A stretch of 64,000 nucleotides of DNA from Nitrospinales bacterium (lineage in GTDB: Bacteria; Nitrospinota; Nitrospinia; Nitrospinales; VA-1), in contig CBDCXL010000002.1 in the NCBI GenBank assembly GCA_965223795.1, positions 2,272,001 to 2,336,000 on the forward strand, written 5' to 3'. Each line of letters starts with the position of its first letter. Position 1 is the first letter of the stretch. Below the pieces are notes generated by a model. The model was not told the origin of the DNA and did not search any database. It saw only the letters and a program-made list of their open reading frames with translations. A program made the translations under genes and the position numbers. Shown here piece after piece: positions 52,441 through 61,501 of the stretch.

Positions 52441-53340
52441 TCAGAACGTGAACACAAAATCCACATTGGTCCTCCAGTCGAACAGATCTTCCCGCTCGGT
52501 GATGGGAAACTCGTAGCCCGCGCCCATCTGGATGTGGTTGTTGAATTTGTAGCGCGCGCCCAAACCCATCGTCACCACGGTGCCGGAGTCGGTGCTGCCG
52601 AAGTTGAACACATCGTTGCCTTCAAAATCGTCGATGCCGGTTCGGGTGCCGTCATCGATGGTGGTCTGTCCGTTGAATTCAATCATCGGGAACAGGTTTT
52701 TGTAGATCTCGTAGTCCACGTGCGCCGACCAGTGCCAGAAGGAACTGTCGTTGTCCCCATCGATGGCGAGGTCCAGTCCGGTGCTGCCCTGCACGCCGAG
52801 CTTGCCGAACGCCTGCGCGCCGGTGACGAACAGGTCGATCAATCCGTCGCCGCTGCCCTGCAGGTCGATGCCGGCTGTGGACAACGACCCTGTGGGGGCC
52901 TCGTACTCCGCGCCGACGGTGAGGATCCTCTCCCGGCTCGGATCGGAGATGAGGGCGTACTTGAATCCGAAGGAGATGTTCGCGAATCCATCGGTGTCCG
53001 GCAGCACGCTGTCGAACTGCACGTCGGCGTAGCCGTCTTTGGTGGCGATGAATCCGAGGCGTTCGGTCAACGCCACTCTGAGTTCGAGCGCGAACAGGTT
53101 CACCTGGCCGCCGCCGGTCACAAACGATGAGGGTATGTTGTGGTGAATCCAGATCGGGCGGGCCTCGGTGGTGATGTAGGGGGTTTCGTTGAAAATCGGG
53201 TTGGACAAAGGAGGAACGTAGCGCTGGTGCTTGCCTTCTCCCAGAGAGCCGTGAAAATCCAGATCGAACGCGTGCGCGGGAACTGTGAGTGCGAGTACGG
53301 CGATGAGCGTGCCTGCGGCAAGGGGTGCTTGGAACTTCAT
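52441..53340 (-). CDS. Putative outer-membrane beta-barrel protein
   Basis: Signal peptide, amphipathic strands, C-terminal Phe. Confidence 0.7.
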   Translation of the reverse strand: MKFQAPLAAGTLIAVLALTVPAHAFDLDFHGSLGEGKHQRYVPPLSNPIFNETPYITTEARPIWIHHNIPSSFVTGGGQVNLFALELRVALTERLGFIATKDGYADVQFDSVLPDTDGFANISFGFKYALISDPSRERILTVGAEYEAPTGSLSTAGIDLQGSGDGLIDLFVTGAQAFGKLGVQGSTGLDLAIDGDNDSSFWHWSAHVDYEIYKNLFPMIEFNGQTTIDDGTRTGIDDFEGNDVFNFGSTDSGTVVTMGLGARYKFNNHIQMGAGYEFPITEREDLFDWRTNVDFVFTF

Positions 53341-53475
53341 GGTGGTTGCCTCCTTTGTCTTTGTCTGATCGGATACATATAAAGAGACAACCGGAGGATT
53401 GATTTATTCCCCTTTTGTTGCGAATAAACGGGATATCCTTGAGCCGAACGGCAAGGCGGGGAGAGAAGCGAGGAT

Positions 53476-55326
53476 TCAGTTCCGGGGCAGGGTGGGGTTG
53501 TTCGTGCTTTTGGCGTTGCCCGGGTTTTCGACGCCGTTTGACTCCGGTGAAAAACTGATCACCGTGTCACCGGGTTTGGGTACAGTCTTTGACTCGGGAA
53601 AATTGAAATCGATGGTGCCTTTTGCATGAATGAGCATGATGGGTTCGAGTTTCCCATCATTGGTTTCCATGAAATCTTCATAATCGAATTCCTTGGTGAG
53701 CCGGGTTTTTTTGAATCGCCAACCCCGGAACCAGCGGCTGATCCAGTCTTCGAAAAGAAGTTTTTTGCTGAACGCCACACGGCCGCGCGAGGCGCTGCGC
53801 ACTTCCTTGCTTTCTTCCTTCGTTTCATGCACTTCCAGTTGAAAAACTTTGTCGCGGCCGAAGTGGCTGATAAACGCATTGCACACCAGCGCATTGTAGG
53901 CGTCGTTGCCGGTCGCCGCCAGCAGGTAGCCCATTTCGGATAATTCCAGATAGGCCTCCCGGTTTTCCGACAGGATTTCCCCATAGTGGATCGGCAGCCC
54001 TTCCAGGCGGGCCTCCTTCAAACTGTGCCAGGAACTGTCCACCAGCATGACCGGCAATCCGGAGTCGGACAGAATCCGGGCCAGTCCGATGCTCCAGGCG
54101 TTCGACCCCACGATCAGCACGCCTTCGCGGTGGCCCGTGGCCAGGCCCAGCTTGTTCGCCAGCCACTGGATGCTGAATCCGTGCAGCAGGACGGTGGCAA
54201 AAATCACCGAAAAGATCAGCGGGCTCAGCAGGTGTGCATCCGGATAGCCGCGCTCCGCCAACTCCAGCCCGACAAATCCCGCCACGGATGCGGCGATGAT
54301 GCCCCTGGGGGCGATCCATCCGATGAACAGTTTTTCCTGCCATTTCAAACCGGAGCCGAATGTGGCGATCCAGACCGCCGCCGGCCGGACAAAAAACAGG
54401 AAGCAGATGAGAAAGGCGACGCCGCGCCAGTCGAGATTGGCGATGGCCTTGAGATCGGTGTCGGCGGTCAGAATGATGAATACCACCGAAACCAGTATGA
54501 GCGTGATGTGTTCCTTGAATTGCCTCAGCTCGTAGATGATCAGCATGTTGATGTTGCCCATGGTCATGCCCAGCACGGTCACGGCCAGCAGCCCGATCTC
54601 TTCCTGCATGAGGTTGGCCACCACATACACCGACAGCACGATGGAAAAAACGATGGGCAGTTTGAGAAACTCCGGAGCGTGCCCTTTTTCAAAAAGAAAC
54701 TTCAAGAGGTAACCCGCCGCGATTCCCAGCAGAATCGCAATGGTGATCGCGCCTGCCAGATGGAAAAAGGTCGCCTGGGTCAGTTGCAGATCTCCGGTGA
54801 CGACCAGAAATTCAAAAACCAGGACGGCCAGCAGCACGCCGATGGGATCGTTGATGATGCCTTCCCATTTCAGGATGAGGGAGGTGCGGGCTTCGAGCTT
54901 GGTGCGCCGGATCAGCGGCAGGATGACGGTGGGCCCGGTGACGACCAGAATGGCGGAAACGAGCAGGGAGACCGTGACGGAAAACCCACCCACAAAACGG
55001 CACACCAGGTAACCGAAACCAAAGGACAGCGGCAGGCCCACCAGGATCAGCTGCCACAGGGCGCGGCCCGCGTGCTTGAGTTCATGGAACCTGAGATTCA
55101 GCCCCGCTTCAAACAAAATGATGGCGACCGCCAGTTTGATGATGGCGGGCAGCAGGGTGCCAAAATCCTCACTGGGATTGACCAGGTTGAGAAGGGGGCC
55201 CAGCACGATCCCCGCGATGGAGAACAGGATGATGGAAGGAAATTTCAGGCGCCACGAAACCCATTGCGAGAGAATCCCCAATATGATGATGAGTGCCACC
55301 TGATGAACAATGCTGATGGATTCCAT
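53476..55326 (-). CDS. CPA1 Na+(K+)/H+ antiporter with NAD-binding (TrkA-N-like) domain
   Basis: TGPTV, WEGIINDP, APRGIIAA. Confidence 0.9.
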   Translation of the reverse strand: MESISIVHQVALIIILGILSQWVSWRLKFPSIILFSIAGIVLGPLLNLVNPSEDFGTLLPAIIKLAVAIILFEAGLNLRFHELKHAGRALWQLILVGLPLSFGFGYLVCRFVGGFSVTVSLLVSAILVVTGPTVILPLIRRTKLEARTSLILKWEGIINDPIGVLLAVLVFEFLVVTGDLQLTQATFFHLAGAITIAILLGIAAGYLLKFLFEKGHAPEFLKLPIVFSIVLSVYVVANLMQEEIGLLAVTVLGMTMGNINMLIIYELRQFKEHITLILVSVVFIILTADTDLKAIANLDWRGVAFLICFLFFVRPAAVWIATFGSGLKWQEKLFIGWIAPRGIIAASVAGFVGLELAERGYPDAHLLSPLIFSVIFATVLLHGFSIQWLANKLGLATGHREGVLIVGSNAWSIGLARILSDSGLPVMLVDSSWHSLKEARLEGLPIHYGEILSENREAYLELSEMGYLLAATGNDAYNALVCNAFISHFGRDKVFQLEVHETKEESKEVRSASRGRVAFSKKLLFEDWISRWFRGWRFKKTRLTKEFDYEDFMETNDGKLEPIMLIHAKGTIDFNFPESKTVPKPGDTVISFSPESNGVENPGNAKSTNNPTLPRN

Positions 55327-55607
55327 TCGGATGCGATTTCCAGGATGGGATTGTCGATGCCGGAAGGACTCGTTACCGCAGTGAGGCCGGCACCATTATA
55401 ACGCAGCCGCTTGCGATTGCGAGGGGACAATATCCATGCAGTTTCGATAAATGAGGCGAGTGAGGGTGAAATCAAAAAAGCCGGGAGAAATTATCTTGCG
55501 GCATGAATTCAAAAAAGGAAAAAAATAAGGCAAAATGAGGCCCGGGCCTAAATTTGCAGGCGGTCCGGACTTTTTCGTTCAACCCGAGCCACGATGGGAG
55601 CCGCCCC

Positions 55608-56756
55608 TTGATCGATCGCAACGATATCGAAGAAAACGAGAAGACGGCGCTCGCGCCTTACGCGGTGCGCAGCGGGGACAGCCGGGGCCGCCAGCACGCG
55701 GAGCCGGAGCATCCCTACCGCACGCGCTTTCAGCGGGACCGCGACCGGGTGATCCACAGCTCGGCGTTCCGCAGGCTGGAATACAAGACCCAGGTGTTCG
55801 TCTACCACGAGGGCGATTACTACCGCACCCGGCTCACGCACTCTCTGGAAGTGGCGCAGATCGCGCGCTCGATCTGCAAGTCCCTGCAGCTCAACGAAGA
55901 CCTGGCGGAAGCGATCGCGCTGTCGCACGATCTGGGGCACCCGCCGTTCGGGCACACGGGGCAGAATGTTCTGAACAAACTGATGCAGGACCACGGCGGG
56001 TTCGAGCACAACAAGCAGAGCCTGCGCATCGTGAAGCTGCTGGAGAAGCGCTACCCGGAATTCGCGGGGCTGAACCTCACCTGGGAGGTGCTGGAAGGGA
56101 TCAGCAAACATTCGAAGGATGCGGAAAATCCGATCACCCGGCAGGCAGGGTTCCGCTACCCGTCGCTCGAGGCGCAGGTGGTCGACCACGCCGACGGCAT
56201 CGCCTACAACGCCCACGACCTGGACGACGGCATCACCTCCAACCTTCTGGACCTTGCGGAACTCAGGAAGGTGGCGCTGTGGACGGAGAACGAGGCGTGG
56301 CTGGATCAGAATTACGCCAACCTGGACTTCAAGCTGAAGAAATACCAGATCGTGCGCCGCATCATCAACGACCTGATCACGGATTTCAGGGAAAGCACGC
56401 TCAAGAACCTGTCCGCGCTGGACATCCGCAGCGCCGACGACATCCGCTGCGCTTCCAGCCGGGCCGCGGGTTTCAGCCCGGAAACGGATGCCAAGAACAA
56501 AGAGCTCAAACGATTTCTGTTCAAGAACATGTACACGCACCGCAGGGTCCGGCGCATGGAATTCAAAGCCAAATTGTATCTAACGGAGATATTTCAAGCG
56601 TACGTCAAGATTCCGGAACTGCTTCCGGGAACCCTTCTGGATGGGAAAAGGGAAGACCCGTTCGAACGGAGGTTGTGCGACTACATTTCCGGGATGACCG
56701 ACCGCTACGCCATTCGTGAATACAAGCGGCTGTTCACACCGGATGAAAAAGAGTGA
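55608..56756 (+). CDS. dgt: Deoxyguanosinetriphosphate triphosphohydrolase
   Basis: RDRDRVIHSSAFRRL, RTRLTHS, HDLGHPPFGH, DYISGMTD. Confidence 0.93.
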   Translation: MIDRNDIEENEKTALAPYAVRSGDSRGRQHAEPEHPYRTRFQRDRDRVIHSSAFRRLEYKTQVFVYHEGDYYRTRLTHSLEVAQIARSICKSLQLNEDLAEAIALSHDLGHPPFGHTGQNVLNKLMQDHGGFEHNKQSLRIVKLLEKRYPEFAGLNLTWEVLEGISKHSKDAENPITRQAGFRYPSLEAQVVDHADGIAYNAHDLDDGITSNLLDLAELRKVALWTENEAWLDQNYANLDFKLKKYQIVRRIINDLITDFRESTLKNLSALDIRSADDIRCASSRAAGFSPETDAKNKELKRFLFKNMYTHRRVRRMEFKAKLYLTEIFQAYVKIPELLPGTLLDGKREDPFERRLCDYISGMTDRYAIREYKRLFTPDEKE

Positions 56757-56865
56757 CGGAACGACCCGGTTCCCATTGTCCCCGGTAATGGGAAGCGGGC
56801 TGCGGTTTATGGCTGCAAGGAAAGGCGTCCATTTGGGCGCGTTTCCTGGGTTGGTGCGGGAAAGA

Positions 56866-57078
56866 TCATTTCCTTTTGAATTCGTCGGAAAAATCGGGAA
56901 ACTCGACATCGAGGATGTCGCGCACCATCCGCGGCACCCGGCCCTTGGCGAGCTTGCCGATGTAAATGTCGTTGGTGGCTTCGTGGAAGCTTTTCCAGTG
57001 TTCCCGGCTCAATTCCTGCTTGGTGATCAGTTTTTTCAATTTTCCGTCCGGGCCGAAAATTCGAACCTCATGAAGCAT
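56866..57078 (-). CDS. Small hypothetical protein
   Basis: GGAGGT RBS before MLHEVRIFGPDGKLKK. Confidence 0.65.
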   Translation of the reverse strand: MLHEVRIFGPDGKLKKLITKQELSREHWKSFHEATNDIYIGKLAKGRVPRMVRDILDVEFPDFSDEFKRK

Positions 57079-57320
57079 AATGCACCTCCCCATTGGGTTG
57101 ATCTCACTTGCCGCGAGGATGCTGATCAGCAAGTATGTTGTTAATAAATATAATTTTGTCGCGCCCAATTCGTAAGGAGAGCGGTCACAAATAATTGTGA
57201 TACAAATTACATTTACCGGAGGGGTGCGTGTAAGAAATGGGTTGGGAGCCGGGGTGGGCGGCGCCGTCCCGGCGCCTGCCGCCGCGACTGGGCGGGTTCT
57301 GATTGGAAAAGGGGGAGTTC

Positions 57321-57899
57321 ATGAAAAACGTGCGCGCGATCTGCGTGTTCTGCGCTTCCAGTTCGGCTGTGGCGCCGGTCTATAAAGAAGCCGCGACGGA
57401 CCTGGGGCGCCGCATGGGGATGCTGGGCGTGGAGTTGATCTACGGCGGCGCGTCGATCGGGCTGATGGGCTGCGTGGCGCGGGGGGTGCACGAAAAAGGC
57501 GGGCGAGTGACCGGGGTTCTGCCGGCTTTTTTCAAAACGAAAGACATCGAATACATCGAGGCCGATCAGCTGATCGTCACGCAGGACATGCGGGAGCGCA
57601 AGGCGGAACTGGATAAGCGCTCGGACGGGTTCATCGTGCTGCCCGGCGGCATCGGAACGCTGGAGGAGGCGATGGAAATCCTGTCCCTGCGTCAGCTCAA
57701 ACAGACGGACCGGCCGCTGGTGTTCGTCAACACGGAAGGGTTTTACGACGGGCTGCTCTCCCATCTCAAGGAAATCGTCGCGCTCAACTTCGCCAAAAAG
57801 AACACACTGGACCTGTTCGGCGTCGCCGCCGATCCCCAAGGCGCGCTGGACTACATCATGAACTTCAATGCGGCCGGTCCCATACCGGATAAGGTATGA
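57321..57899 (+). CDS. LOG-family nucleotide phosphoribohydrolase
   Basis: YGGASIGLMG, MRERK, PGGIGTLEE. Confidence 0.92.
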   Translation: MKNVRAICVFCASSSAVAPVYKEAATDLGRRMGMLGVELIYGGASIGLMGCVARGVHEKGGRVTGVLPAFFKTKDIEYIEADQLIVTQDMRERKAELDKRSDGFIVLPGGIGTLEEAMEILSLRQLKQTDRPLVFVNTEGFYDGLLSHLKEIVALNFAKKNTLDLFGVAADPQGALDYIMNFNAAGPIPDKV

Positions 57900-57971
57900 A
57901 GCTCATGCGAGCTGGTGTTCCGCTTGCAATACGAGTTTTAAGGGTAGGCGAAACGATGACGCCCGTTCAGG

Positions 57972-58664
57972 CTAGTTGGCCTGGACGGTCAGGTCGGGGT
58001 GAAGGGCTTCCTTGAGGAAGTTTTCGATGTAATTGAGGGTGCCGGTGGTGGAGCTGGGGCAGCTGCCGCAGGCGCCCTGATAATGGATCTTCACGACGTT
58101 GCCTTCGATGCCCAGAATGTCGAGCCCGCCGCCGTCGTTGGACAGTGCCGGCCGGATGGCCACATCCAGAAGCGCTTCGATCACCTTGGTCTTCTCCTCG
58201 TTGCTGCAGTTGGGAAAATCCTCCTTGCGGAAACCTTCCAGAACCGGTTCGAGGTTTGCGGACGCCTCTTTGGGCTCATCGCCGCTTTCGTAAAACGTGA
58301 GGTGTTTTTCTATGGCCGCGCCGATGTTCTCGGTCACCGTGTGCCAGCCGACCACACCGGATTTGGTGACGGTGACGAAATTTTCCTTCACGAACACATT
58401 CTCGATGCCAAAGATGGCGAACAGGGACTCCGCCAGCACATCGCCTTTGGCTTCCCCGGCGTTGTTGAAGGAGCGGGTGCCGGCGGCGATCACCGGACCG
58501 TTGAGGATGAACTGAAACGCATCGGGGTTCGGCGTGGGCTGGATGCGGACGACTTTGAACGTGCCTTTGCCCTCGGCGGAGCCACCATCAGGCGCTGCCG
58601 TCTGGCTTTCCTCAGCGGCGGGTTTGCCGAACCATTTGCCAAATAAATTGTCGATGAATCCCAT
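57972..58664 (-). CDS. Nfu/NifU-type Fe-S carrier
   Basis: PTPNP N-domain; IRPAL..DGG, GACGSCPSS. Confidence 0.9.
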   Translation of the reverse strand: MGFIDNLFGKWFGKPAAEESQTAAPDGGSAEGKGTFKVVRIQPTPNPDAFQFILNGPVIAAGTRSFNNAGEAKGDVLAESLFAIFGIENVFVKENFVTVTKSGVVGWHTVTENIGAAIEKHLTFYESGDEPKEASANLEPVLEGFRKEDFPNCSNEEKTKVIEALLDVAIRPALSNDGGGLDILGIEGNVVKIHYQGACGSCPSSTTGTLNYIENFLKEALHPDLTVQAN

Positions 58665-58739
58665 GGTGTTTTCCGGCGGGAAGCGCCGCCGTTCGGAACG
58701 GGAAATGCGCGAGTGCAACGATCTATTAGACCAGAATTT

Positions 58740-59270
58740 TCACCCGATCTCAAGGGATTGCAGGGTATTTGTGAAAATGGCGAGGCTTTCTGCGTCGAAC
58801 AGCACGAACCGCACCGACTTCAGTCCGGTGTCGCCGGACAGGTGTTGGACCGCCGCCTCAAGCAGGATGCGCGCCGCCGGCTCGAGGGGAAAGCCGAAAA
58901 TGCCTGTGGACAGGGCCGGAAGGGCGATCGAGCGCAGCCCCTTTTCGTCGGCCCGTTTGAGGCTGTGGAGGCAGGCGCTTTTGAGTTTGGCGTCCTCGCC
59001 GCCTTCGCCCCATTTGGGGCCGACGGCGTGGATCACGAATTTCGCACGCAGGTTTCCACCTGTGGTGACCACCGCTTCGCCGACGGGACAGGAACCCAGG
59101 GCGCTGCATTCCTGCTGGATGGCCGGGCCGCCTTTTCTGGCGATGGCGCCGGCGACGCCGCCGCCCAGGATCAGCCGGGAATTGGCCGCGTTGACGATGG
59201 CGTCGGCGTCGTTTTCGGTGATGTCCCCCTGCAAAAGCTCGATTTCCGAATCATTCACCTGGACTTTCAT
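58740..59270 (-). CDS. Macro-domain (ADP-ribose) protein
   Basis: GDIT, IVNAAN, GGGVAGAI, STGIFGFP. Confidence 0.93.
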   Translation of the reverse strand: MKVQVNDSEIELLQGDITENDADAIVNAANSRLILGGGVAGAIARKGGPAIQQECSALGSCPVGEAVVTTGGNLRAKFVIHAVGPKWGEGGEDAKLKSACLHSLKRADEKGLRSIALPALSTGIFGFPLEPAARILLEAAVQHLSGDTGLKSVRFVLFDAESLAIFTNTLQSLEIG

Positions 59271-59698
59271 TTTCCTGTCGAGCCGAATCCGTTGTCTCCC
59301 CGGCCGGAGTCTTCCAGCGAGTCCACCTTCACGAACTGGACGCGTTCGACCTTCTGCACCAGCAACTGGGCGATCTTGTCGCCCGGCTGGACGCAGTGAT
59401 CGGTGTCCGTGTGGTTGAACAGCAGCACTTTCACCTCGCCGCGGTAGCCCGCATCGATGACGCCGGCGCCGCAGTCGAGCCCCTGTTTCACCGCAAGTCC
59501 GCTGCGCGGCCAGATGAGCCCGACGCAGCCGGGGGGCAGGCTGAGACGGATTCCGGTGCCGACCAGTTTGCGGCCGCGCGCCGGTATCCGTGCTTCTTCG
59601 GAAGAATGCAGGTCCGCGCCGGCGTCGCCGGGATGGGCGTACTGCGGCAGCCGGTCGCCCGTGACATCGCAGCGCGGCCGGTTTGTTTGGGTGAGCAT
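59267..59698 (-). CDS. dut: dUTP diphosphatase
   Basis: AGADL, PRSGLA, GVIDAGYRGE, IAQL, RGDNGFGSTG. Confidence 0.95.
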   Translation of the reverse strand: MLTQTNRPRCDVTGDRLPQYAHPGDAGADLHSSEEARIPARGRKLVGTGIRLSLPPGCVGLIWPRSGLAVKQGLDCGAGVIDAGYRGEVKVLLFNHTDTDHCVQPGDKIAQLLVQKVERVQFVKVDSLEDSGRGDNGFGSTGK

Positions 59699-59982
59699 GG
59701 ATTTCCCCCGGTTCGGTTTATCAGACATTCACTATAATGCAGGGACCCACGCGGAGCAAGGCCGCGGGAGTTGCTGTGGCAATGGCGGGGAACGCGGGGA
59801 AATGCGTGAAGCGGGGATAATATGCGGTATTGGGATTGATATGAAAAATGCCTCGCCCGTTGCCGATCCAAAGAAAATTCAAAAAGCGGCTGGTTGAAGC
59901 GCACCCGTCCTTGACATGGGAATGGGATTGAAACCGGAAAACCTGGACACGGACGGGCGAGGCATTGAAAAGCAAGAAAGGA

Positions 59983-60278
59983 GGCGGGTTGCTATTTTGA
60001 CAAGCGAAACGGCGTGAGTTTCGCTGTGCCACGAAAAGGAGGTTCCATCATCTTTGTACGCCACTTGGAAGGAATTCTGTTGCCGATACAAATGCAGGTT
60101 TCGGCTGGCGCTCGTTGCATATGGGGGTATGGGAAGGGGTTTGAGACTGGCGTACATCCCGTTCGCTATCATCCTTTTCTCGAAAGAATTCCGGGGATGT
60201 GTCTCGTTCAAGATGGATTCCTCTCTTTCAACAGCAACCCGCCAGTGGAAGTTCTTATCCGCAGAAAGCGGCGGGTTG
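59983..60278 (-). ncRNA. Candidate structured RNA or 5' leader of unknown family
   Basis: 11-bp closing helix plus nested helices; lies downstream of a minus-strand promoter. Confidence 0.4.
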
Positions 60279-60354
60279 ATCGTGAATGGTGCCGATAAAA
60301 ATTATTAATATGCCGATAAAACCTAGATTTTGTAACCGATTAGGGCCGTCCAGC

Positions 60355-60401
60355 ACCCCCTATCTAGTGTGGCCAGAGAACGGTAGCACTACATATAGTG
60401 G
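60355..60401. promoter_or_regulatory. Tandem NrdR boxes (pair 1)
   Basis: ACCCCCTATCTAGTGT (60355) and GCACTACATATAGTGG (60386), 31-bp period; consensus acaCwAtATaTwGtgt. Confidence 0.75.
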
Positions 60402-60409
60402 CCTGTCAA
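60380..60409 (-). promoter_or_regulatory. sigma70 promoter overlapped by an NrdR box
   Basis: TTGACA-N18-TACCGT with TGn extended -10. Confidence 0.55.
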
Positions 60410-60454
60410 GGGCTAAAAATTAAAATTTCTTCATTTTCAGGATATTGGCAATGA

Positions 60455-60467
60455 TATCAATATGTTA
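60455..60467. promoter_or_regulatory. IHF consensus site
   Basis: TATCAATATGTTA matches WATCAANNNNTTR exactly. Confidence 0.55.
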
Positions 60468-60510
60468 TATGGAGGAACTTTTTCCGGAGATCCGATTTTT
60501 TTGCCACCGG

Positions 60511-60557
60511 ATACTACATAATGTGTCCTCATACTTCGCATAATCTACATATTGTGG
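60511..60557. promoter_or_regulatory. Tandem NrdR boxes (pair 2)
   Basis: ATACTACATAATGTGT (60511) and AATCTACATATTGTGG (60542), 31-bp period. Confidence 0.7.
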
Positions 60558-60715
60558 GGTGTCGCTTTCCCGCGGGCGTGCCGTTTTCCGGAATATCGGA
60601 GGGAGCGCTTTTATTTCAAGGAGCTGCAAAATAAAAAACCAGCGATTTCCTCATTTTACGGGGCGGACGCCGAGGCTTTCCATTAACCATTTGTTATTAA
60701 ACAGCTTATTTTTCC

Positions 60716-60724
60716 TGTGGATAA
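60716..60724. promoter_or_regulatory. DnaA box
   Basis: Exact TGTGGATAA. Confidence 0.4.
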
Positions 60725-60963
60725 AATTGTGAGTTTCGGGCTTTCACGCCCTGTTTTGCCGGCCGCCCTTCACCCCACGGAATCGGATTATTCGTTCCGA
60801 AAAGCACTCTGTGGCCGCCTGATCCCCGGTTGCAGGAAAAATGTGACCTGGCTCCGGTTTCGGTTTTTTCCCTTCATTTCTCCGGCAGGGTTTTTCGGTT
60901 TATCCCGCCGGTCGATCGGGATGGCTGCACAGTTCTCTGAAACACATCGGATTTTATGTGGTT

Positions 60964-61325
60964 TCAGTTGAGCCGGGTGCGGATGCTCTGCGTGTCGACA
61001 CGGCTGTAATGGCCGTTGGGCTCGCATTTCGCGAGAGAAAAACAGTCCTCGGTGCCCAGATCGCACAGAAACTCCACCGCGAGCGCCTGACTCTGGCATT
61101 CGGGGCAGCCCTTTCCGGTGAGGTGCGCTTTCACCTTGCCGAGCAGGCCTTCCTGCGTTTTGCGGTCCTGGGTGACGATGAACTTGTAATGGCAGTGCCC
61201 GCACGCGGCCTGGGTGTCGCAGAGACCGCGGCAGCTCGCAGCTCAGTGACTTCAAACCGGGTGTTGAGGCAGACGGGACAGGGGATTGTTTGAATCAGGG
61301 TTTCCACCACTTCCAGTGTGCTCAT
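60964..61325 (-). pseudogene. Small Cys-rich zinc-finger-like protein, frameshifted near 61225-61250
   Basis: MSTLEVV..CPVC in one frame continues as CDTQAACGHCHYKF..CPEC..RLN* in another; AAGGAG RBS. Confidence 0.6.
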
Positions 61326-61501
61326 GATCCACGCTCCTTGCATGCGCCGTGAACGTTCATCAACGCCCGTTGCAAAGTCGGAACGGGGCGGGTTTCCTTT
61401 CGCCCAAGCCTGCGGGGCGGATGCCGGAGGTGGTTGTGAAGCCTGTATTTAAAGGGCTTTGAGGAAAAAAGGGGAGGCGGGCCTGTGGCGCGGACCGGGA
61501 T

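Noticed and set aside
60030..60160. Cobalamin riboswitch or tmRNA
   Set aside because: Only isolated fragments (GCCACT..GGAAGG, GGGGGT); the remaining consensus elements are absent
59879..60211. 110-aa minus-strand ORF with a GAGG RBS
   Set aside because: TTG start, atypical composition, no recognisable motif; not fully excluded
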